From the NCBI GenBank assembly GCA_026706565.1, contig JAPOYM010000071.1, positions 1 through 62,142 on the forward strand: DNA of 62,142 nucleotides, written 5' to 3'. Every line of letters starts with the position of its first letter. Positions within the stretch are counted from its first letter, which is position 1. Shown here piece by piece: positions 44,701 through 50,522 of the stretch. The translations under genes and the position numbers were made by a program. The notes beneath the pieces were generated by a model that made no database searches, had not been told where the DNA came from, and saw only the letters and a list, made by a program, of their open reading frames with translations. Source of the stretch: a bacterium. GTDB lineage: Bacteria > Actinomycetota > Acidimicrobiia > Acidimicrobiales > CATQHL01.

Positions 44701-47222
44701 GCCCCGATTGCCACGGTGACTTCGAGAAGGCCGGAGCATCTTGTGCCTGCGGTTCCGTGTGGCAATCCGGCGCCAGATGCGCGTCCTGCCACACGACGCC
44801 CCGACCCGACCCACACCCGGAGCGCTTGGCGGTGCGATACCACATCAAGTTGCCGGCACCGGTGAAGCATCCGTGGTTCCGGCCGTCGCCGAGTCAAGGC
44901 GCAAGCTCTTGCGTAGCCTCGCGCATTCATCGCGAACACCGCCGGGCTGCCGAGCTCGAGCACCTGTGCTGTGCGAATCATGATCCGGACGTCGTTCGGC
45001 ACCGTGACGAGAACGGTCGATCCTCCGCGCTCGAACGCGTTCGGGAATCGCTCGCCGAAGAGGGTCACCAACCGATTGCGATGACCCACGACTGTCGTCG
45101 CGCGCGATTGTACGTGTTCACCGACCGTGGCCGACTCGCGGAGTTCGACCTTGCCGAAGGCGCGGCGGGGGACTTCGTGCGGGATTGGTTCATCGAGCAC
45201 CGACGCGCCGGGAATCCCGAATTGCCCCCGGATGATGTCCAGTTCCTTGCGCTCGAACCCAACGGATTCCCGGTCATCAACTACGGCAAGGACGACCAGA
45301 GCAGGGATATTCTCCGGACCGCCACTCCGGCGTTGCACGTCGTTCCGATACTGCCCCCGGCCTATCGCAGGTTCGGGTACGAACCCCTTGACACCCTCTA
45401 CGAGCGACTCATCCGTCTAGTCGCTCTGGTGGAAGAGAACCGAGAGGCGGCAGTGATGGGGGTGGAACGGCAACTTGTTCGGGCCATCCTCGGCGGACCG
45501 ACCGACAAGCCGGATCACGGCACCATTTCCGGTCGGCTGAACGGCAAGCACGGCCTGATTCGCCGTGGACTGAGAGGACGGCACAACAACTCTGTCGCCC
45601 GAAACGTCATCACGCCCCAGACAACGCTCGGCCTCGAGGAGGTCGGGCTGCCGTCTGGCACCATGGCGGAGCTCCAACTCCGCGACGGGGACGTCGTTGT
45701 CGTCAATCGCCAGCCCACCCTACGCCCATCGAACGTCGTGGCGCTACGCGCCAGGGCCCACGACGGTGACCACGTCGCACTTCACCCAATGATGTCGAAG
45801 CAGTTGGCCGGCGACTTCGACGGCGACGAAGTCACGTTGCACTGCCCCAGCGACGGACAGGTGGCGGTCGACACCTGGAGGCGTCTCAGACCTACGAGCG
45901 AACTCCTCAACGACACCGATGGTCAGCCCACCATGGCGCCCGACCTCGACGTCGCCCTCGGAGTCCACCTTCTCTCGATGTCGGATGCCGGTCGCGTCGA
46001 ACTCTCGAAGCTCCTGGACGGTGGCGAGCAGCCGGCCGGCAACGGGTCAGCCGGAGTCGAGTCCGCTGTCGGCGCGGACCAAGCCGTCGAACTGGTCCGG
46101 GCCGCCTACAGTGCCCTCGCAATCGATCCAGAACGCGACCCTTGCGCGGTCATCGAGGCGCTCTTCGAGGCGACGACCCGCGCCTGCCTGGGTTGGTCCG
46201 CTTCGCTGCTCGACGACGCGTTCCTGGAAGACGGCGCGCGGCTGAGGATGCTGGAACGTACCGGCAACGACGAACTGGACGGTCCTCGGTCCGACTGGCT
46301 CGACGAGGCGATCGCAGCAGGCGTCGCGGGAGGGGCAGGCGGTCTGCGCCAACTATTCGTCGAACGCGGCAGCCTCCCGACCTTCACACCCGGCAAGTCG
46401 ACGCCGCGAGTCGGGTCGTGCTTCCTCGACGGCCTCTCGTCCGGCGACGTCTTCGCGACAGCTCCCGGGGCGCTGGCCGCGCTGGTCCAGAAGAAGCTCG
46501 TGACGCCTCAGGCAGGACACGTCACAAAACGGCTGGCAGACGCGCTGTACGACTTTGTCGTGGCAGCGGAGGATTGCGGCGTCGGGCCCGATGCCACAGG
46601 ACACCGCGACGCTCTTCATTGCGCCCTCGACGGATCTTGCTGCGCGGCGTGCGTCGGCCCGCTCCCCTCGGGCAGGAGCGCAGATGTCGGGGATTTCATC
46701 GGGCTGCGAGCCGCGATGCTGATCGGCGAACGCTGCACCCAGAAAGCCATGAAGACCTTCCACGGAGGCGGCACCAGCGACGACGTCCGCGGCATTGTGC
46801 CCGAACTCGAGGCAGCGTTCGGCTTTCGCGCCAACCACCCGCAGGAGTCAGGGCTCTCGTTCAGGGACGCATTGAAGGCCGACGATCCTCCAGCGACGCT
46901 ACGCCGTCTCGCCGGACAGACCGCCGCGGCCCTCGATGGCGGCGTGCATGAATCCTTGATCTGCATAGCTCTGAGGCGGGTACACGACCTCGCCCGACAA
47001 GCCGAAGCGGAGGCCGCTGTCGGTCCGCTCCCTCGGGTGCCCGCAGGACCGAACAACCAAGCCGCCAGAGCGAATCCACTCCTGCACGCATCCACCATTG
47101 GGCACCTTCGACCCATCCTGGATTCCGTCGAATGGCCGGTACGCCACGGCCCTTCCGGCCAGCAGTTGCGCGATGCCTACTGGCCCGTCGCCCGTCCTGC
47201 CCGACCCGAAGCCAGGCGGTGA
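41787..47222 (+). CDS. single-chain RNA polymerase: fused, shortened beta (RpoB-like) + beta-prime (RpoC-like) homologue, 1811 aa
   Basis: Beta motifs occur in canonical order: KVAVSQRTYRPGL (cf ERVIVSQLHRSPGV), CPLQTPESADLGYV (cf CPIETPEG.NIGLI), SLIPFINHNDPTRSAIGSKNLKQALPL, NYEDAIV, GDKLTNRHGGKGVV (43932-43973), LNPLGVIRRLNIGQLFETH, YMLKLDHLVADK and CGEMEIWAL. Beta-prime motifs follow: Zn ribbon CHG..CACG..CASC, HIKLPAPVKHPWF, VPILPPAYRRF, NGKHGLIRRGLRGRHNNSVARNVI, NRQPTLRPS, AGDFDGDEV (DFDGD at 45813-45827), a bridge-helix-like GHVTKRLADALYDFVVAAEDCG, and a trigger-loop-like LIGERCTQKAMKTFHGGG. Confidence 0.85.
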   Translation: MSPSASSRLDQHHLASLHKLTDEHLIKLLNEILPLKCAHGSVEAERLEWHDPCWETRPALKRVRRLSLELSVNNPNGRSRSRVTLPFLWPLGEEACAEPYPLEYVRLGGPATFIDALPKVAVSQRTYRPGLHLFRHDFRYSGRQYSGRRLVLMPDIGPSIRIYKTSIGRDQTSSEFDPAPDDHAPPLAKSPPRSSFRVSIYGLGSGTAVFENAELIGCADSGQTRAPHGTPHTANLGALCDRLLGQNRPPLAFFSDATRERISEAGIRLDDSSLQDLCGLLFSLDKDGAEPPEYGHELSEATLRTQHHGDILESILVESLLAAVERFHLGKPDQAAALGSLLKSMFQQIYNRMHRGGDRQPALLVTDDDRNTLANLEARRKTTRYSPEIPREIRYWLWTRDIDPSDRRRLCPLQTPESADLGYVRFLALGDGYADEHSGIADLDAPDLDLDSSDLSAAASLIPFINHNDPTRSAIGSKNLKQALPLAGASAPRIRSGTEAALAEAHGTARLPAGPDATVLEVFEDRIIVQRQEGAPRGAEVLPFGYPHPTGHTADGRWKLLTTPGDTLSAGTVFAHAPDVVIDCGEPTLALGTDVLVAFTPWLGMNYEDAIVASEAVVDRMASLHSLRITEPLGAYETLRPSVEAGAEVVAGDELLKILGPDSKTRRSVVAPESGVLEEGPRVEPVIGPRESGDSDDAVSGEIVIRLRTSRRLAVGDKLTNRHGGKGVVSAILPPSSMPKLPDGRHVEMILNPLGVIRRLNIGQLFETHESLLADLEEGGPRIVGRRMSPQRRGELASALAERGAPGGRLVLECADGTVLDRHGGVVAGWQYMLKLDHLVADKRNERLAAFAGPRDRQPVRGSTFAGGVRRGGAKRCGEMEIWALRAKGASEFLDETLTARSGFAPGTNPTLASVDAHLRTAQLAVDHTTGAVKLLDARDTKALAPVICEEITEPTTNTPQYASAASHGLYRPDCHGDFEKAGASCACGSVWQSGARCASCHTTPRPDPHPERLAVRYHIKLPAPVKHPWFRPSPSQGASSCVASRIHREHRRAAELEHLCCANHDPDVVRHRDENGRSSALERVRESLAEEGHQPIAMTHDCRRARLYVFTDRGRLAEFDLAEGAAGDFVRDWFIEHRRAGNPELPPDDVQFLALEPNGFPVINYGKDDQSRDILRTATPALHVVPILPPAYRRFGYEPLDTLYERLIRLVALVEENREAAVMGVERQLVRAILGGPTDKPDHGTISGRLNGKHGLIRRGLRGRHNNSVARNVITPQTTLGLEEVGLPSGTMAELQLRDGDVVVVNRQPTLRPSNVVALRARAHDGDHVALHPMMSKQLAGDFDGDEVTLHCPSDGQVAVDTWRRLRPTSELLNDTDGQPTMAPDLDVALGVHLLSMSDAGRVELSKLLDGGEQPAGNGSAGVESAVGADQAVELVRAAYSALAIDPERDPCAVIEALFEATTRACLGWSASLLDDAFLEDGARLRMLERTGNDELDGPRSDWLDEAIAAGVAGGAGGLRQLFVERGSLPTFTPGKSTPRVGSCFLDGLSSGDVFATAPGALAALVQKKLVTPQAGHVTKRLADALYDFVVAAEDCGVGPDATGHRDALHCALDGSCCAACVGPLPSGRSADVGDFIGLRAAMLIGERCTQKAMKTFHGGGTSDDVRGIVPELEAAFGFRANHPQESGLSFRDALKADDPPATLRRLAGQTAAALDGGVHESLICIALRRVHDLARQAEAEAAVGPLPRVPAGPNNQAARANPLLHASTIGHLRPILDSVEWPVRHGPSGQQLRDAYWPVARPARPEARR

Positions 47223-48268
47223 CTGAATTGATCACCTCCGGAGTGCGAGCGGGGCGCGACCGGCGACGCAGCGCAAAGCCAGACACCGATGCTCTCACAC
47301 AACCGAACGCTCGCCGCCTAGCTCGAGTCCTGGTATCCACTATTGCTTCACCGACTGCACACGAGATCCAGCACCTCGATAGCGACGAACCGCTTGATGA
47401 CGATCCCTTGGATATGGTGCCCGACGGCTGGGAGGACGAAGAGCCGGATGCTCCGACGGCCTTCGACGAGGCGTCGCCGACGGCCTCGGGCCGCACTGCC
47501 CCACCCACAGCGGTTCTTGAGTTCTTCGTCCGCCCGGGGCCGCTGTCGGATGTCGCCGTCGAGGTGAACGCTCCGCTGCCCCAAGAGCATCACCTCGGAG
47601 TGGCTGGGCTTCCGCTGGTTCAAGCCGAATGGTTGGAACGACGTCGACACCTTGAGGCCGTCGGCGTCTGCATCCTGAACCGTCAACTACCCGCCATTCA
47701 GTCGACCGACCCGCGTCATGCCTACAGATCCTTGCGCCCGATGACCAACGCTGATTTGAACGAATCCGCTGGCACACGCGGCTCGGGCTGGGCTTCCCGC
47801 AATCGGACGGCTCCGGTCGCCTGCCCCTGGGGCCTCGTTCGACTGGAGTTCTTCACTTGGGGGATCGGTCCCGGACGCGTCGCCGTGTACGAAGCGCTGC
47901 TCAACGCTGTGTTGATTGACGGCGCTGCCGGTGGAGACACCGCCATCGCCCGCGACGCGCGCGACCAAGCCATAGCGGCTCTCGAAACATCGTCCGACTC
48001 TGCTCTGAGGCAGTCGACGCTCTCAGAGCAGGCACGCACGCAGCTCCCAGCTCTCGACAGCGTCCGTAAGTTGGTTTCCGTCGCTCGTTCGCTGGGAGCA
48101 CCTCAGACCTCCGCCTACATCGCGACCCTTCGACGCGACTCATTGTTCTGGAGCGACGACCTAATCGGAGCTAACGCCATGCTCGCCTCATCGCTTAGCG
48201 ACAGAGGCCTCCAGTTGGCAAGGTTCGCCGTGGCTGGATGGGAGGGGGGCAAGCAGTGGATGCCTTGA
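47219..48268 (+). CDS. sigma-54 (RpoN)-like protein, divergent and shortened (349 aa)
   Basis: GTG at 47219 overlaps the polymerase stop (GTGA). There is an acidic N-terminal segment. LERRRHLEAVGVCILNRQ, LRPMTNADLNE and SRNRTAPVACPWGLVRLEFF align by eye with E. coli RpoN LEARNDTLLRVSRCIVEQQ, MKPMVLADIAQ and [22 protein letters not shown]. Confidence 0.7.
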   Translation: MTELITSGVRAGRDRRRSAKPDTDALTQPNARRLARVLVSTIASPTAHEIQHLDSDEPLDDDPLDMVPDGWEDEEPDAPTAFDEASPTASGRTAPPTAVLEFFVRPGPLSDVAVEVNAPLPQEHHLGVAGLPLVQAEWLERRRHLEAVGVCILNRQLPAIQSTDPRHAYRSLRPMTNADLNESAGTRGSGWASRNRTAPVACPWGLVRLEFFTWGIGPGRVAVYEALLNAVLIDGAAGGDTAIARDARDQAIAALETSSDSALRQSTLSEQARTQLPALDSVRKLVSVARSLGAPQTSAYIATLRRDSLFWSDDLIGANAMLASSLSDRGLQLARFAVAGWEGGKQWMP

Positions 48269-49833
48269 CGATCGACGCGCCAGGCAAGGACTTGAGCGTC
48301 GCGATAGATCAAATCAACAATGGCGACCCACTTGAGGTCCGTCTTCGTTGGAACGACGAGCACGCCGAGCAGTTCAGCGAACTGTTGAAGGTCGCCGATG
48401 AGAACCGGGTCTCCGTCACCGTAGAGTTCGACACACTCCGGCCGAGCCATCTCTCCGATGTGATCTTCCGCTACCGGTACCCTCGGCCCGCGGTCACCGC
48501 CAAGAGGAACGTCACCGACGAGCGCAATCTCGCCATCGGCAGCACCCTACCGATGCCGGCTGACCCTCTCGACTACGAGAACGCGCGCGGAATGTCGCTG
48601 GTGTCTGAGGCCATGCAGGAGTTCATCCAGGAGCTGCGTGATGCGTTGTGGGTTATGCGAGCACATAAGCAGGCCCCGAGGATGCCGTGGGATCCGTTGG
48701 ATGGACAGAGGTCGGATATTCGTTACGCAAAGGACAACTCCCCCACCCTTCAGGATTGGGGCTTCCCCAATCTCTCCGCGGTCTTCGAATGTTACAACGA
48801 GAGGAATCGGGGCCACCTCCGGAGGCTCTTCGGCCATGCCAACGACGGTGTCCGACCCAATTCGGCCCGCGAGCCGGGGTGGGACTGGAACATCAAGCTG
48901 CTCGTGACAGGCGACAGCGGCACCGGCAAGTCGCTCGTTGCTCGCCTTGCACACCGCGTGCTGTACCCCGACGACCATCACAAACGCTATTTCGCTCACC
49001 TGAACTGCAGCACCCTCGACGCGCAGAACGCCGAGTTCGAGATCTTCGGCGCCGCCCCCGGCACCTACACCGGCGTCGACCATCGGGTCGGGGCCTTGGC
49101 GAGAGCCGCCTACGGCACAGCGTTCCTAGACGAGTTCGGTGACCTGCCCCCAGGGACTGGGCCGATTCTCCTCACCTTCTTGGACGATCTTCTGGTCCGG
49201 CCACGAGGGATGATGCAGTTCTTCTCCTACAGCTACGTGGTCGCCGCCACGAATCGCGACCTGAGCGCCCGGATACGAGCCGGCGAGTTCCGAAACGACC
49301 TAGTCCAACGCTTCAGCCGCCGCATCGAGGTGCCCCCACTGCGCCGCCGCGGCCGAGCCGAGATCCTGGCCCTAGTGGACATGGCCTGCCAGAACCCCAT
49401 CGAGAACCCGATCGAGACCTTCCGAGGAAAAGAAGGCCGAGCAATAACCGAGGTCGCCCCGCCTGCCCTCTCCATGCTCGCCAGCCACGATTATGCCGAC
49501 GGCAACGTCCGAGAGCTAGAAGCGATCACACACCAGGCTATCCAACGAGCAAAGCGCCGAAACTCCTCGCTCATCGAGCCGATTGATCTCGACATTCCCA
49601 AGCATCCGAATTACCGCCCCGACGCCGACCAGAACGTCATCCGCGTAGGCGCACTCCCCGACCTGGATCAGCAAGTCGAGGTCGAGAGTCTCCAAGACAT
49701 CGCCCATCTAGCCCAACTAACACGCCAACCGCTCCTACAAGCACCCGACAACACGTACGCCGTCATCCATGGCAGCACCGGATACTACTACCGTCCGCCT
49801 CGGCCCCGTCCCCTGCCATTTCGACACGAGTGA
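48256..49833 (+). CDS. bacterial enhancer-binding-protein-like AAA+ ATPase (sigma54-interaction domain) with an unknown N-terminal domain
   Basis: SD GGAGGGGGG lies 6 nt before the GTG at 48256 (alternative ATG at 48238). Walker A GDSGTGKS (48910-48933), GTYTGV in the GAFTGA position (49060-49077), Walker B AFLDEF, AATNRDL, FRNDLVQRF...VPPLRRR, and GNVRELE sensor II. Confidence 0.8.
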   Translation: MDALTIDAPGKDLSVAIDQINNGDPLEVRLRWNDEHAEQFSELLKVADENRVSVTVEFDTLRPSHLSDVIFRYRYPRPAVTAKRNVTDERNLAIGSTLPMPADPLDYENARGMSLVSEAMQEFIQELRDALWVMRAHKQAPRMPWDPLDGQRSDIRYAKDNSPTLQDWGFPNLSAVFECYNERNRGHLRRLFGHANDGVRPNSAREPGWDWNIKLLVTGDSGTGKSLVARLAHRVLYPDDHHKRYFAHLNCSTLDAQNAEFEIFGAAPGTYTGVDHRVGALARAAYGTAFLDEFGDLPPGTGPILLTFLDDLLVRPRGMMQFFSYSYVVAATNRDLSARIRAGEFRNDLVQRFSRRIEVPPLRRRGRAEILALVDMACQNPIENPIETFRGKEGRAITEVAPPALSMLASHDYADGNVRELEAITHQAIQRAKRRNSSLIEPIDLDIPKHPNYRPDADQNVIRVGALPDLDQQVEVESLQDIAHLAQLTRQPLLQAPDNTYAVIHGSTGYYYRPPRPRPLPFRHE

Positions 49834-50511
49834 ACTATCCTTTACCTCCCGCGTTACCCTCGTCCGATCACATTGCAATTCCCCACTCACGCCCATTTCG
49901 GAGCTTCGAATGAACTCCACGGCTACCTCTGGCCTAGGCATGCCATTACAGACATGTCTAATGTACGCTTCCAGGGGCGCATCCGGACAAGTACGCCACC
50001 GCGATAAATCGCGGCACCCAAGGTTCTCACGATATCCAGATATCACTTCACCAGCTATTTTACTAGTAATCCTGTCATTAGAGATATTCGCAATCATGAC
50101 AATCGCCGCTTTCCTCCAACAGCGTAGGTCAATGTCGTAACGCTCGCTATCCAAGTCAGATTCCCACATCTTCTGCCGCAACCGCTGGAGTTCGGAGTCA
50201 AAGTGACTGCGCGATTCCTCAAAGTCCGGCCGACACATTATGTTGTCACGTACAGTCCATGGCCAGCTAACCTCATCTTCTCCGACACAAATTCCAAACT
50301 TAAGCCCCCTCAAGTAATCGGACATTGACTGCTTCGGCTCGCACTCCCAAGGTGCGAGGTAGTCTGTGGAGGCATGGAAATTGTGCCCGGCCATTCGCCT
50401 AGCCACCCACTCTTGGAAAGTAGGTCTTTGATTCTTGTCTCCGCGCCACTGCTCGAACTCGTCAAGCCAACATGCTATCCAGTGACTTGCTGGCACTTCA
50501 GCCCACCACAC
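49735..50511 (-). CDS. hypothetical protein, stand-alone paralogue of the C-terminal module of the adjacent HD-domain protein
   Basis: 258 aa. WWAEVPASHWIACWLDEFEQ and APWECEPKQSMSDYLRGLKFG parallel WLGIPRGDWILYWLAMEFQ and PPWDKPGSGKALHKYLSGLDVG in 50523..53099. It lies in AT-richer DNA, and its last 99 nt overlap the convergent bEBP-like gene. Confidence 0.55.
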   Translation of the reverse strand: MWWAEVPASHWIACWLDEFEQWRGDKNQRPTFQEWVARRMAGHNFHASTDYLAPWECEPKQSMSDYLRGLKFGICVGEDEVSWPWTVRDNIMCRPDFEESRSHFDSELQRLRQKMWESDLDSERYDIDLRCWRKAAIVMIANISNDRITSKIAGEVISGYRENLGCRDLSRWRTCPDAPLEAYIRHVCNGMPRPEVAVEFIRSSEMGVSGELQCDRTRVTREVKDSSLVSKWQGTGPRRTVVVSGAAMDDGVRVVGCL

Positions 50512-50522
50512 GTTAGACGAGT

